Origin: Eledone cirrhosa
Lineage: Eukaryota
NCBI GenBank assembly: GCA_964016885.1
Contig: OZ024744.1
Span: forward strand, 130,324,001 to 130,388,000
Length of the DNA stretch: 64,000 nucleotides
Reading direction: 5' to 3'
Numbering within the stretch: the stretch's first letter is position 1; every line of letters starts with the position of its first letter. Positions 23,518-37,430 of this stretch are shown here, piece after piece. Both the position numbers and the translations under genes were made by a program. Below the pieces are notes generated by a model. It did not search any database, was not told where the DNA came from, and saw only the letters and a list, made by a program, of their open reading frames with translations.

Positions 23518-26500
23518 AGTCGGGGTTAAGTTAAGTTGGCGTTAAGTTAAGTTAGGCTTAACTTAAGTTGGGGGTAAGTTAAGTTGGGGTAAGTTAAGTT
23601 GGGGTTAAGTTAAGTTGCGGTTAAGTTGGGGTTAAGTTAAGTTAGGGTTAAGTTAAGTTGGCGTTGAGTTAAGTTGGGGTTAATTAAGTGGTGGTTATGT
23701 TAAGTTGGGGTTAATTTAAATTGGGGTGAAGTTAACTTTGTGGTTAAGTTAAGTTGGGGTTAAGTTAAGTTGGGGTTAAGTTGGGGTTGAGTTAAGTTGG
23801 GGTTGAGTGAAGTTGGGGTTAAGTTAAGTTGGGGTAAAGTTAAGTTGGGGTTAAGTTAAGTCGGGGTTAAGTTAAGTTGTGGTTGAGTTAAGTTGGGGTT
23901 AATTTAAGTTGGGGCTAAGTTAATTTGTGGTTAAGTTAAGTTGGGGTTAAGTTAAGTTGGGGTTAAGTTAAGTTGGGGTTAAGTTAAGTTGCAGTTAAGT
24001 TAAGTTGAGGTTAAGTCAAGTTGGGGTTAAGTTAAGTTGGGGTTAAGTTAACTTGGGGTTCAGTTAAGTTGGGGCTAAGTTAAGTTGGGGTTAAGATGGG
24101 GTTAAATTAAGTTGGGGTTAAGTTAAGTTGGGGTTAAGTTAAGTTGGGGTTAAGTTAAGTTGGGGTTAAGTTAAGTCGGGGTTAAGTTAAGTCGGGGTTA
24201 AGTTAAGTTAGGGTTCAGTTAAGTTGGGGTTAAGTTAAGTTGGGGTTGAGTTAAGTTGGGGTTGAGTTAAATTGGGGTTGAGTTAAGTTGGGGTTGAGTT
24301 AAGTTGGTGTTGAGTTAAGTTGGGGTTAAGTTAAGTTGGGGTTAAGTTAAGTTGCAGTTAAGTTAAGTTGAGGTTAAGTTAAGGTGCGGTTAAGTTAAGT
24401 TGGGGTTAAGTTAAGTTGGGGCTAAGTTAAGTTGGGGCTAAGTTAAGTTGGGGCTAAGTTAAGTTGGGGTTAAGTTACGTTGGGGTTAAGTTAAGTCGGG
24501 GCTAAGTTAAGTTGGGGTTAAGTTAAGTTGGGGTTAATTTAAGTTGGGGTTGAGTTAAGTTGGGGTTAAGTTTAGTTGGGGTTAAGTTAAGTTGGGGTTA
24601 AGTTAAGCTGGGGTTAAGTTAAGTTGGGGTTAAGTTAAGTTGGGATTAATTTAAGTTGGGGTTAATTTAAGTCGGGGTTAAGTTAAGTTGTGGTTGAGTT
24701 AAGTTTGGGTTAATTTAAGTTGGGGCTAAGTTAATTTGTGGTTAAGTTAAGTTGGGGTTAAGTTAAGTTGGGGTTAAGTTAAGTTGGGGTTGAGTTAAGT
24801 TGGGGTTGAGTTAATTTGGGGTTAAGTTAAGTTGGGGTTAAGTTAAGTTGGGTTTAAGTTAAGTTGGGGTTAAATTAAGTTGGGGTTAAATTAAGTTGGG
24901 GTTAAGTTAAGTTGGGGGTAAGTTAAGTTGGGGGCAAGTTAAGTTGGGGTTAATTTAAGTTGGGGTTAAATTAAGTTGGGGTTACGTTAAGTTGGTGTTA
25001 AGTTAAGTTGGGGTTAATTTAAGTTGGGGTTGAGTTAAGTTGGGGTTCAGTTAAGTTGGGGATAAGTTAAGTTGGGGTTAAGTTAAGTTGGGGTTAATTA
25101 AGTTGGGGTTAAGTTAAGTTGGGGTTAAGTTAAGTTGGGGCTAAGTTAAGTTGGGGCTGAGTTAAGTTGGGGCTGAGTTAAGTTGGGGTTAAGTTAAGTT
25201 GGGGTTGAGTTAAGTTGGGGTTAAGTTAAGTTGGGGTCAAGTTAAGTTGGGGTTAAGTTGGGGTTAAGTTAAGTTAGGTTTAAGTTAAGTTGGGGTTAAG
25301 TTAAGTTGGGGTTAAGTTAAGTTGGGGTTAAGTTAAGTTGGGGTTAAGTTAAGTTGGGGTTAAGTTAATTTGTGGTTTATTTAAGTTGGGGTTAATTTAA
25401 GTTGGGGTTAAGTTAATTTGGGGTTAAGTTAAGTCGGGGTTAAGTTAAGTTGGGGTTAAGTTAAGTTGGGGTTAAGTTAAGTTGGGGTTAAGTTAAGTTG
25501 GGGTTAAGTTAAGTTGGGGTTAAGTTAAGTTGAGGTTAAGTTAAGTTGGGGTTAAATTAAGTTGGGGTTAAGTTAAGTTGGGGTTAAGTTAAGTTGGGGT
25601 TAAGTTAAGTTGGGGATAAGTTAAGTTGGGTTTAAGTTAAGTTGGGGTTAAGTTAAGTTGGGGATAAGTTAAGTTGGGGTTAAGTTAAGTTGGGGTTAAT
25701 TTAAGTTGGGGTTAAGTTAAGTTGGGGCTAAGTTAAGTTGGGGCTGAGTTAAGTTGGGGTTAAGTTAAGTTGGGGTTAAGTTAAGTTGGGGTTAATTTAA
25801 GTTGGGGTTTATTTAAGTTGGGGTTAAGTTAAGTTGGGGTTCAGTTAAGTTGGGGTTAAGTTAAGTTGGGGTTAAGATGGGGTTAAATTAAGTTGGGGTT
25901 AAGTTAAGTTTGAGTTTAAGTTAAGTTGGGGTTAAGTTAAGTTGGGGTTAAGTTAAGTTGGGATTAAGTTAAGTTGGTTAGTTAAGTTGAGTTTAAGTTA
26001 AGTTGGGGTTAATTTAAGTTGGGGTTAAGTTAAGCTGGGGTTAAGTTAAGTTGGGGTTAAGTTAAGTTGGGGTTAATTTAAGTTGGGGTTAATTTAAGTC
26101 GGGGTTAAGTTAAGTTGTGGTTGAGTTAAGTTGGGGTTAATTTAAGTTGGGGCTAAGTTAATTTGTGGGTAAGTTAAGTTGGGGTTAAGTTAAGTTGGGG
26201 TTAAGTTAAGTTGGGGTTGAGTTAAGTTGGGGTTGAGTTAATTTGGGGTTAAGTTAAGTTGGGGTTAAGTTAAGTTGGGTTTAAGTTAAGTTGGGGTTAA
26301 ATTAAGTTGGGGTTAAATTAAGTTGGGGTTAAGTTAAGTTGGGGGTAAGTTAAGTTGGGGGCAAGTTAAGTTGGGGTTAATTTAAGTTGGGGTTAAATTA
26401 AGTTGGGGTTACGTTAAGTTGGTGTTAAGTTAAGTTGGGGTTAATTTAAGTTGGGGTTGAGTTAAGTTGGGGTTCAGTTAAGTTGGGGATAAGTTAAGTT

Positions 26501-27960
26501 GGGGTTAAGTTAAGTTGGGGTTAATTAAGTTGGGGTTAAGTTAAGTTGGGGTTAAGTTAAGTTCGGGCTAAGTTAAGTTGGGGCTGAGTTAAGTTGGGGC
26601 TGAGTTAAGTTGGGGTTAAGTTAAGTTGGGGTTGAGTTAAGTTGGGGTTAAGTTAAGTTGGGGTCAAGTTAAGTTGGGGTTAAGTTGGGGTTAAGTTAAG
26701 TTAGGTTTAAGTTAAGTTGGGGTTAAGTTAAGTTGGGGTTAAGTTAAGTTGGGGTTAAGTTAAGTTGGGGTTAAGTTAAGTTGGGGTTAAGTTAATTTGT
26801 GGTTTAGTTAAGTTTGGGTTAAGTTAAGTTGGGGTTAAGTTAAGTTGGGGTTAAGTTAAGTCGTGGTTAAGTTAAGTTGGGGTTAAGTTAAGTTGGAGTT
26901 AAGTTAAGTTGGGGTTAAGTTAAGTTGGGGTTAAGTTAAGTTGGGGTTAAGTTAAGTTGGGGTTAAGTTAAGTTGAGGTTAAGTTAAGTTGGGGTTAAAT
27001 TAAGTTGGGGTTAAGTTAAGTTGGGGTTAAGTTAAGTTGGGGATAAGTTAAGTTGGGGATAATTTAAGTTGGGGTTAAGTTAAGTTGGGGTTAAGTTAAG
27101 TTGGGGTTAAGTTAAGTTGGGGATAAGTTAAGTTGGGGTTAAGTTAAGTTGGGGTTAAGTTAAGTTGGGGTTAAGTTAAGTTGGGGCTAAGTTAAGTTGG
27201 GGCTGAGTTAAGTTGGGGTTAAGTTAAGTTGGGGGTTAAGTTAAGTTGGGGTTAATTTAAGTTGGGGTTTATTTAAGTTGGGGTTAAGTTAAGTTGGGGT
27301 TCAGTTAAGTTGGGGTTAAGTTAAGTTGGGGTTAAGATGGGGTTAAATTAAGTTGGGGTTAAGTTAAGTTGGGGTTAAGTTAAGTTGGGGTTAAGTTAAG
27401 TTGGGGTTAAGTTAAGTCGGGGTTAAGTTAAGTCGGGGGTAAGTTAAGTTAGGGTTCAGTTAAGTTGGGGTTAAGTTAAGTTGGGGTTGAGTTAAGTTGG
27501 GGTTGAGTTAAATTGGGGTTGTGTTAAGTTGGGGTTGAGTTAAGTTGGTGTTGAGTTAAGTTGGGGTTAAGTTAAGTTGAGGTTAAGTTAAGGTGCGGTT
27601 AAGTTAAGTTGGGGTTAAGTTAAGTTGGGGCTAAGTTAAGTTGGGGCTGAGTTAAGTTGGGGCTAAGTTAAGTTGGGGTTAAGTTACGTTGGGGTTAAGT
27701 TAAGTCGGGGTTAAGTTAAGTTGGGGTTAAGTTAAGTTGGGGTTAATTTAAGTTGGGGTTAAGTTAAGTTGGGGTTAAGTTAAGTTGGGGTTAAGTTAAG
27801 TTGGGGTTAAGTTGGGTTTAAGTTAAGTTGGGGTTAAGTTAAGTTGGGGTCAAGTTAAGTTGGGGTTAAGTTAAGTTGGTTAGTTAAGTTGAGTTTAAGT
27901 TAAGTTGGGGTTAATTTAAGTTGGGGTTAAGTTAAGTTGGGGTTAAGTTAAGTTGGGGTT

Positions 27961-28176
27961 ATCCCCAACTTAACTTAACCCCAACTTAACTTAACCCCAA
28001 CTTCACTCAACCCCAACGTAACTCAACCCCAATTTAACTTAACCCCAACTTCACTCAACCCCAACTTAACTTAACCCCAACTTCACTCAATCCCAACTTA
28101 AGTCAACCCCAACTTAACTTAACCCCAACTTGACTTAACCCCAACTTAACTTAGCCCCAACTTAACTTAAGCCCAA
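27961..28176 (-). repeat. Inverted segment 15 (216-bp class, junction variant TTAT)
   Basis: Left junction reads GGGGTTATCCCC. Confidence 0.95.
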
Positions 28177-30047
28177 AGTCGGGGTTAAGTTAAGTTGGCG
28201 TTAAGTTAAGTTAGGCTTAACTTAAGTTGGGGGTAAGTTAAGTTGGGGGTAAGTTAAGTTGGGGTTAAGTTAAGTTGCGGTTAAGTTGGGGTTAAGTTAA
28301 GTTAGGGTTAAGTTAAGTTGGCGTTGAGTTAAGTTGGGGTTAATTAAGTGGTGGTTATGTTAAGTTGGGGTTAATTTAAATTGGGGTGAAGTTAACTTTG
28401 TGGTTAAGTTAAGTTGGGGTTAAGTTAAGTTGGGGTTAAGTTGGGGTTGAGTTAAGTTGGGGTTGAGTGAAGTTGGGGTTAAGTTAAGTTGGGGTAAAGT
28501 TAAGTTGGGGTTAAGTTAAGTCGGGGTTAAGTTAAGTTGTGGTTGAGTTAAGTTGGGGTTAATTTAAGTTGGGGCTAAGTTAAGTTGGGGTTAAGTTAAG
28601 TTGGGGTTAAGTTAAGTTGGGGTTAAGTTAAGTTGGTGTTAAGTTAAGTTGGGGCTAAGTTAAGTTGGGGCTGAGTTAAGTTGGGGCTGAGTTAAGTTGG
28701 GGTTAAGTTAAGTTGGGGTTGAGTTAAGTTGGGGTTAAGTTAAGTTGGGGTCAAGTTAAGTTGGGGTTAAGTTGGGGTTAAGTTAAGTTAGGTTTAAGTT
28801 AAGTTGGGGTTAAGTTAAGTTGGGGTTAAGTTAAGTTGGGGTTAAGTTAAGTTGGGGTTAAGTTAAGTTGGGGTTAAGTTAATTTGTGGTTTAGTTAAGT
28901 TTGGGTTAAGTTAAGTTGGGGTTAAGTTAAGTTGGGGTTAAGTTAAGTCGTGGTTAAGTTAAGTTGGGGTTAAGTTAAGTTGGAGTTAAGTTAAGTTGGG
29001 GTTAAGTTAAGTTGGGGTTAAGTTAAGTTGGGGTTAAGTTAAGTTGGGGTTAAGTTAAGTTGAGGTTAAGTTAAGTTGGGGTTAAATTAAGTTGGGGTTA
29101 AGTTAAGTTGGGGTTAAGTTAAGTTGGGGATAAGTTAAGTTGGGGATAATTTAAGTTGGGGTTAAGTTAAGTTGGGGTTAAGTTAAGTTGGGGTTAAGTT
29201 AAGTTGGGGATAAGTTAAGTTGGGGTTAAGTTAAGTTGGGGTTAAGTTAAGTTGGGGTTAAGTTAAGTTGGGGCTAAGTTAAGTTGGGGCTGAGTTAAGT
29301 TGGGGTTAAGTTAAGTTGGGGGTTAAGTTAAGTTGGGGTTAATTTAAGTTGGGGTTTATTTAAGTTGGGGTTAAGTTAAGTTGGGGTTCAGTTAAGTTGG
29401 GGTTAAGTTAAGTTGGGGTTAAGATGGGGTTAAATTAAGTTGGGGTTAAGTTAAGTTGGGGTTAAGTTAAGTTGGGGTTAAGTTAAGTTGGGGTTAAGTT
29501 AAGTCGGGGTTAAGTTAAGTCGGGGGTAAGTTAAGTTAGGGTTCAGTTAAGTTGGGGTTAAGTTAAGTTGGGGTTGAGTTAAGTTGGGGTTGAGTTAAAT
29601 TGGGGTTGTGTTAAGTTGGGGTTGAGTTAAGTTGGTGTTGAGTTAAGTTGGGGTTAAGTTAAGTTGAGGTTAAGTTAAGGTGCGGTTAAGTTAAGTTGGG
29701 GTTAAGTTAAGTTGGGGCTAAGTTAAGTTGGGGCTGAGTTAAGTTGGGGCTAAGTTAAGTTGGGGTTAAGTTACGTTGGGGTTAAGTTAAGTCGGGGTTA
29801 AGTTAAGTTGGGGTTAAGTTAAGTTGGGGTTAATTTAAGTTGGGGTTAAGTTAAGTTGGGGTTAAGTTAAGTTGGGGTTAAGTTAAGTTGGGGTTAAGTT
29901 GGGTTTAAGTTAAGTTGGGGTTAAGTTAAGTTGGGGTCAAGTTAAGTTGGGGTTAAGTTAAGTTGGTTAGTTAAGTTGAGTTTAAGTTAAGTTGGGGTTA
30001 ATTTAAGTTGGGGTTAAGTTAAGTTGGGGTTAAGTTAAGTTGGGGTT

Positions 30048-30263
30048 ATCCCCAACTTAACTTAACCCCAACTTAACTTAACCCCAACTTCACTCAACCC
30101 CAACGTAACTCAACCCCAATTTAACTTAACCCCAACTTCACTCAACCCCAACTTAACTTAACCCCAACTTCACTCAATCCCAACTTAAGTCAACCCCAAC
30201 TTAACTTAACCCCAACTTGACTTAACCCCAACTTAACTTAGCCCCAACTTAACTTAAGCCCAA
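30048..30263 (-). repeat. Inverted segment 16 (216-bp class, junction variant TTAT)
   Basis: Left junction reads GGGGTTATCCCC. Confidence 0.95.
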
Positions 30264-33200
30264 AGTCGGGGTTAAGTTAAGTTGGCGTTAAGTTAAGTTA
30301 GGCTTAACTTAAGTTGGGGGTAAGTTAAGTTGGGGGTAAGTTAAGTTGGGGTTAAGTTAAGTTGCGGTTAAGTTGGGGTTAAGTTAAGTTAGGGTTAAGT
30401 TAAGTTGGCGTTGAGTTAAGTTGGGGTTAATTAAGTGGTGGTTATGTTAAGTTGGGGTTAATTTAAATTGGGGTGAAGTTAACTTTGTGGTTAAGTTAAG
30501 TTGGGGTTAAGTTAAGTTGGGGTTAAGTTGGGGTTGAGTTAAGTTGGGGTTGAGTGAAGTTGGGGTTAAGTTAAGTTGGGGTAAAGTTAAGTTGGGGTTA
30601 AGTTAAGTCGGGGTTAAGTTAAGTTGTGGTTGAGTTAAGTTGGGGTTAATTTAAGTTGGGGCTAAGTTAAGTTGGGGTTAAGTTAAGTTGGGGTTAAGTT
30701 AAGTTGGGGTTAAGTTAAGTTGGGGTTAAGTTAAGTTGGTGTTAAGTTAAGTTGGGGCTAAGTTAAGTTGGGGCTGAGTTAAGTTGGGGCTGAGTTAAGT
30801 TGGGGTTAAGTTAAGTTGGGGTTGAGTTAAGTTGGGGTTAAGTTAAGTTGGGGTCAAGTTAAGTTGGGGTTAAGTTGGGGTTAATTTAAGTTAGGCTTAA
30901 GTTAAGTTGGGGTTAAGTTAAGTTGGGGTTAAGTTAAGTTGGGGTTAAGTTAAGTTGGGGTTAAGTTAAGTTGGGGTTAAGTTAATTTGTGGTTAAGTTA
31001 AGTTGGGGTTAATTTAAGTTGGGGTTAAGTTAAGTTGGGGTTAAGTTAAGTCGGGGTTAAGTTAAGTTGGGGTTAAGTTAAGTTGGGGTTAATTTTAGTT
31101 GGGGTTAAGTTAAGTTGGGGTTAAGTTAAGTTGGGGTTAAGTTAAGTTGGGGATAATTTAAGTTGGGGTTAAGTTAAGTTTGGGTTTAAGTTAAGTTGGG
31201 GTTAAGTTAAGTTGGGGTTAAGTTAAGTTGGGGTTAAGTTAATTTGTGGTTAAGTTAAGTTGGGGTTAAGTTAAGTTGGGGTTGAGTTAAGTTGGGGCTG
31301 AGTTAATTTGGGGTTAAGTTAAGTTGGGGTTAAGTTAAGTTGGGTTTAAGTTAAGTTGGGGTTAAATTAAGTTGGGGTTAAATTAAGTTGGGGTTAAGTT
31401 AAGTTGGGGGTAAGTTAAGTTGGGGGCAAGTTAAGTTGGGGTTAATTTAAGTTGGGGTTAAATTAAGTTGGGGTTACGTTAAGTTGGTGTTAAGTTAAGT
31501 TGGGGTTAAGTTAAGTTGGGGTTAAGTTAAGTTGGGGTTAAGTTAATTTGTGGTTAAGTTAAGTTGGGGTTAAGTTAAGTTGGGGTTGAGTTAAGTTGGG
31601 GCTGAGTTAATTTGGGGTTAAGTTAAGTTGGGGTTAAGTTAAGTTGGGTTTAAGTTAAGTTGGGGTTAAATTAAGTTGGGGTTAAGTTAAGTTGGGGGTA
31701 AGTTAAGTTGGGGGCAAGTTAAGTTGGGGTTAATTTAAGTTGGGGTTAAATTAAGTTGGGGTTACGTTAAGTTGGTGTTAAGTTAAGTCGGGGTTAATTT
31801 AAGTTGGGGTTAATTAAGTTGGGGTTAAGTTAAGTTGGGGTTAAGTTAAGTTGGGGTTAATTTAAGTTGGGGTTGAGTTAAGTTGGGGTTAAGTTAAGTT
31901 GGGGTTATATTAAGTTGGGGTTAAGTTAAGTTGGGGTTCAGTTAAGTTGGGGTTAAGTTAAGTTGGGGTTAAGTTAAGTTGAGGTTAAGTTAAGTTGGGG
32001 TTAAGTTAAGTTGGTGTTAAGTTAAGTTGGGGCTAAGTTAAGTTGGGGCTGAGTTAAGTTGGGGCTGAGTTAAGTTGGGGCTAAGTTAAGTTGGGGTTGA
32101 GTTAAGTTGGGGTTAAGTTGGGGTTAAGTTAAGTTAGGTTTAAGTTAAGTTGGGGTTAAGTTAAGTTGGGGTTAAGTTAAGTTGGGGTTAAGTTAAGTTG
32201 GGGTTAAGTTAAGTTGGGGTTAAGTTAAGTTGGGGTTGAGTTAATTTGTGGTTAAGTTAAGTTGTGGTTAAGTTAAGTTGGGGTTAAGTTAAGTTGGGGT
32301 TAAGTTAAGTCGGGGTTAAGTTAAGTTGGGGTTAAGTTAAGTTGGGGTTAATTTAAGTTGGGGTTAAGTTAAGTTGGGGTTAAGTTAAGTTGGGGTTAAG
32401 TTAAGTCGGGGTTAAGTTAAGTTGGGGTTAAGTTAAGTTGGGGTTAATTTAAGTTGGGGTTAAGTTAAGTTGGGGTTAAGTTAAGTTGGGGTTAAGTTAA
32501 GTTGGGGTTAAGTTAAGTTGGGGATAATTTAAGTTGGGGTTAAGTTAAGTTTGAGTTTAAGTTAAGTTGGGGTTAAGTTAAGTTGGGGTTAAGTTAAGTT
32601 GGGGTTAATTTAAGTTGGTTAGTTAAGTTGAGTTTAAGTTAAGTTGGGGTTAATTTAAGTTGGGGTTAAGTTAAGCTGGGGTTAAGTTAAGTTGGGGTTA
32701 AGTTAAGTTGGGGTTAATTTAAGTTGGGGTTAATTTAAGTCGGGGTTAAGTTAAGTTGTGGTTGAGTTAAGTTTGGGTTAATTTAAGTTGGGGCTAAGTT
32801 AATTTGTGGTTAAGTTAAGTTTGGGTTAAGTTAAGTTGGGGTTAAGTTAAGTTGGGGTTGAGTTAAGTTGGGGTTGAGTTAATTTGGGGTTAAGTTAAGT
32901 TGGGGTTAAGTTAAGTTGGGTTTAAGTTAAGTTGGGGTTAAATTAAGTTGGGGTTAAATTAAGTTGGGGTTAAGTTAAGTTGGGGGTAAGTTAAGTTGGG
33001 GGCAAGTTAAGTTGGGGTTAATTTAAGTTGGGGTTAAATTAAGTTGGGGTTACGTTAAGTTGGTGTTAAGTTAAGTTGGGGTTAATTTAAGTTGGGGTTG
33101 AGTTAAGTTGGGTTTCAGTTAAGTTGGGGATAAGTTAAGTTGGGGTTAAGTTAAGTTGGGGTTAATTAAGTTGGGGTTAAGTTAAGTTGGGGTTAAGTTA

Positions 33201-36028
33201 AGTTGGGGCTGAGTTAAGTTGGGGCTGAGTTAAGTTGGGGCTGAGTTAAGTTGGGGTTAAGTTAAGTTGGGGTTGAGTTAAGTTGGGGTTAAGTTAAGTT
33301 GGGGTCAAGTTAAGTTGGGGTTAAGTTGGGGTTAAGTTAAGTTAGGTTTAAGTTAAGTTGGGGTTAAGTTAAGTTGGGGTTAAGTTAAGTTGGGGTTAAG
33401 TTAAGTTGGGGTTAAGTTAAGTTGGGGTTAAGTTAAGTTGGGGTTAAGTTAAGTCGGAGTTAAGTTAAGTTGGGGTTAAGTTAAGTTGGGGTTAAGTTAA
33501 GTTGGGGTTAAGTTAAGTTGGGGTTAAGTTAAGTTGGGGTTAAGTTAAGTTGGGGTTAAGTTAAGTTGAGGTTAAGTTAAGTTGGGGTTAAATTAAGTTG
33601 GGGTTAAGTTAAGTTGGGGTTAAGTTAAGTTGGGGTTAAGTTAAGTTGGGGATAAGTTAAGTTGGGGATAATTTAAGTTGGGGTTAAGTTAAGTTGGGTT
33701 TAAGTTAAGTTGGGGTTAAGTTAAGTTGGGGATAAGTTAAGTTGGGGTTAAGTTAAGTTGGGGTTAAGTTAAGTTGGGGTTAAGTTAAGTTGGGGCTAAG
33801 TTAAGTTGGGGCTGAGTTAAGTTGGGGTTAAGTTAAGTTGGGGTTAAGTTAAGTTGGGGTTAATTTAAGTTGGGGTTTATTTAAGTTGGGGTTAAAATAA
33901 GTTGGGGTTCAGTTAAGTTGGAGTTAAGTTAAGTTGGGGTTAAGATGGGGTTAAATTAAGTTGGGGTTAAGTTAAGTTTGAGTTTAAGTTAAGTTGGGGT
34001 TAAGTTAAGTTGGGGTTAAGTTAAGTTGGGATTAAGTTAAGTTGGTTAGTTAAGTTGAGTTTAAGTTAAGTTGGGGTTAATTTAAGTTGGGGTTAAGTTA
34101 AGCTGGGGTTAAGTTAAGTTGGGGTTAAGTTAAGTTGGGGTTAATTTAAGTTGGGGTTAATTTAAGTCGGGGTTAAGTTAAGTTGTGGTTGAGTTAAGTT
34201 GGGGTTAATTTAAGTTGGGGCTAAGTTAATTTGTGGTTAAGTTAAGTTGGGGTTAAGTTAAGTTGGGGTTAAGTTAAGTTGGGGTTGAGTTAAGTTGGGG
34301 TTGAGTTAATTTGGGGTTAAGTTAAGTTGGGGTTAAGTTAAGTTGGGTTTAAGTTAAGTTGGGGTTAAATTAAGTTGGGGTTAAATTAAGTTGGGGTTAA
34401 GTTAAGTTGGGGGTAAGTTAAGTTGGGGGCAAGTTAAGTTGGGGTTAATTTAAGTTGGGGTTAAATTAAGTTGGGGTTACGTTAAGTTGGTGTTAAGTTA
34501 AGTTGGGGTTAATTTAAGTTGGGGTTGAGTTAAGTTGGGGTTCAGTTAAGTTGGGGATAAGTTAAGTTGGGGTTAAGTTAAGTTGGGGTTAATTAAGTTG
34601 GGGTTAAGTTAAGTTGGGGTTAAGTTAAGTTGGGGCTAAGTTAAGTTGGGGCTGAGTTAAGTTGGGGCTGAGTTAAGTTGGGGTTAAGTTAAGTTGGGGT
34701 TGAGTTAAGTTGGGGTTAAGTTAAGTTGGGGTCAAGTTAAGTTGGGGTTAAGTTGGGGTTAAGTTAAGTTAGGTTTAAGTTAAGTTGGGGTTAAGTTAAG
34801 TTGGGGTTAAGTTAAGTTGGGGTTAAGTTGAGTTGGGGTTAAGTTAATTTGTGGTTTAGTTAAGTTTGGGTTAAGTTAAGTTGGGGTTAAGTTAAGTTGG
34901 GGTTAAGTTAAGTCGTGGTTAAGTTAAGTTGGGGTTAAGTTAAGTTGGAGTTAAGTTAAGTTGGGGTTAAGTTAAGTTGGGGTTAAGTTAAGTTGGGGTT
35001 AAGTTAAGTTGAGGTTAAGTTAAGTTGGGGTTAAATTAAGTTGGGGTTAAGTTAAGTTGGGGTTAAGTTAAGTTGGGGATAAGTTAAGTTGGAGATAATT
35101 TAAGTTGGGGTTAAGTTAAGTTGGGGTTAAGTTAAGTTGGGGTTAAGTTAAGTTGGGGATAAGTTAAGTTGGGGTTAAGTTAAGTTGGGGTTAAGTTAAG
35201 TTGGGGTTAAGTTAAGTTGGGGCTAAGTTAAGTTGGGGCTGAGTTAAGTTGGGGTTAAGTTAAGTTGGGGGTTAAGTTAAGTTGGGGTTAATTTAAGTTG
35301 GGGTTTATTTAAGTTGGGGTTAAGTTAAGTTGGGGTTCATTTAAGTTGGGGTTAAGTTAAGTTGGGGTTAAGATGGGGTTAAATTAAGTTGGGGTTAAGT
35401 TAAGTTGGAGTTAAGTTTAGTTGGGGTTAAGTTAAGTTGGGGTTAAGTTAAGTCGGGGTTAAGTTAAGTCGGGGTTAAGTTAAGTTAGGGTTGAGTTAAG
35501 TTGGGGTTAAGTTAAGTTGGGGTTGAGTTAAGTTGGGGTTGAGTTAAATTGGGGTTGAGTTAAGTTGGGGTTGAGTTAAGTTGGTGTTGAGTTAAGTTGG
35601 GGTTAAGTTAAGTTGGGGTTAAGTTAAGTTACAGTTAAGTTAAGTTGAGGTTAAGTTAAGGTGCGGTTAAGTTAAGTTGGGGTTAAGTTAAGTTGGGGCT
35701 AAGTTAAGTTGGGGCTAAGTTAAGTTTGGGCTAAGTTAAGTTGGGGTTAAGTTACGTTGGGGTTAAGTTAAGTCGGGGTTAAGTTAAGTTGGGGTTAAGT
35801 TAAGTTGGGGTTAATTTAAGTTGGGGTTAAGTTAAGTTGGGGTTAAGTTAAGTTGGGGTTAAGTTAAGTTGGGGTTAAGTTGGGTTTAAGTTAAGTTGGG
35901 GTTAAGTTAAGTTGGGGTCAAGGTAAGTTGGGGTTAAGTTAAGTTGGTTAGTTAAGTTGAGTTTAAGTTAAGTTGGGGTTAATTTAAGTTGGGGTTAAGT
36001 TAAGTTGGGGTTAAGTTAAGTTGGGGTT

Positions 36029-36244
36029 AACCCCAACTTAACTTAACCCCAACTTAACTTAACCCCAACTGCACTCAACCCCAACGTAACTCAACCCCAA
36101 TTTAACTTAACCCCAACTTCACTCAACCCCAACTTAACTTAACCCCAACTTCACTCAATCCCAACTTAAGTCAACCCCAACTTAACTTAACCCCAACTTG
36201 ACTTAACCCCAACTTAACTTAGCCCCAACTTAACTTAAGCCCAA
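36029..36244 (-). repeat. Inverted segment 17 (216-bp class)
   Basis: Class variants plus private AACTGCACTC. Confidence 0.95.
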
Positions 36245-37430
36245 AGTCGGGGTTAAGTTAAGTTGGCGTTAAGTTAGGCTTAACTTAAGTTGGGGGTAAG
36301 TTAAGTTGGGGGTAAGTTAAGTTGGGGTTAAGTTAAGTTGCGGTTAAGTTGGGGTTAAGTTAAGTTAGGGTTAAGTTAAGTTGGGGTTAAGTTAAGTTGG
36401 GGTTGAGTTAAGTTGGGGTTGAGTTAATTTGGGGTTAAGTTAAGTTGGGGTTAAGTTAAGTTGGGTTTAAGTTAAGTTGGGGTTAAATTAAGTTGGGGTT
36501 AAATTAAGTTGGGGTTAAGTTAAGTTGGGGGTAAGTTAAGTTGGGGGCAAGTTAAGTTGGGGTTAATTTAAGTTGGGGTTAAATTAAGTTGGGGTTACGT
36601 TAAGTTGGTGTTAAGTTAAGTTGGGGTTAATTTAAGTTGGGGTTGAGTTAAGTTGGGGTTCAGTTAAGTTGGGAATAAGTTAAGTTGGGGTTAAGTTAAG
36701 TTGGGGTTAATTAAGTTGGGGTTAAGTTAAGTTGGGGTTAAGTTAAGTTCGGGCTAAGTTAAGTTGGGGCTGAGTTAAGTTGGGGCTGAGTTAAGTTGGG
36801 GTTAATTTAAGTTGGGGTTGAGTTAAGTTGGGGTTAAGTTAAGTTGGGGTCAAGTTAAGTTGGGGTTAAGTTGGGGTTAAGTTAAGTTGGGGTTAAGTTA
36901 AGTTGGGGTTAAGTTAAGTTGGGGTTAAGTTAAGTTGGGGTTAAGTTAAGTTGGGGTTACGTTAATTTGTGGTTTAGTTAAGTTTGGGTTAAGTTAAGTT
37001 GGGGTTAAGTTAAGTTGGGGTTAAGTTAAGTAGTGGTTAAGTTAAGTTGGGGTTAAGTTAAGTTGGAGTTAAGTTAAGTTGGGGTTAAGTTAAGTTGGGG
37101 TTAAGTTAAGTTGGGGTTAAGTTAAGTTGGGGTTAAGTTAAGTTGAGGTTAAGTTACGTTGGGGTTAAGTTAAGTCGGGGTTAAGTTAAGTTGGGGTTAA
37201 GTTAAGTTGGGGTTAATTTAAGTTGGGGTTAAGTTAAGTTGGGGTTAAGTTAAGTTGGGGTTAAGTTAAGTTGGGGTTAAGTTGGGTTTAAGTTAAGTTG
37301 GGGTTAAGTTAAGTTGGGGTCAAGTTAAGTTGGGGTTAAGTTAAGTTGGTTAGTTAAGTTGAGTTTAAGTTAAGTTGGGGTTAATTTAAGTTGGGGTTAA
37401 GTTAAGTTGGGGTTAAGTTAAGTTGGGGTT

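Larger units (their letters stand above)
26570..30740 (+). repeat. Recent direct tandem duplication, 2087-bp unit
   Basis: Markers offset by exactly 2087: TCGTGG 26861/28948, GTGTTAAG 27521/29608, TTATCCCC junction 27961/30048. Confidence 0.85.
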
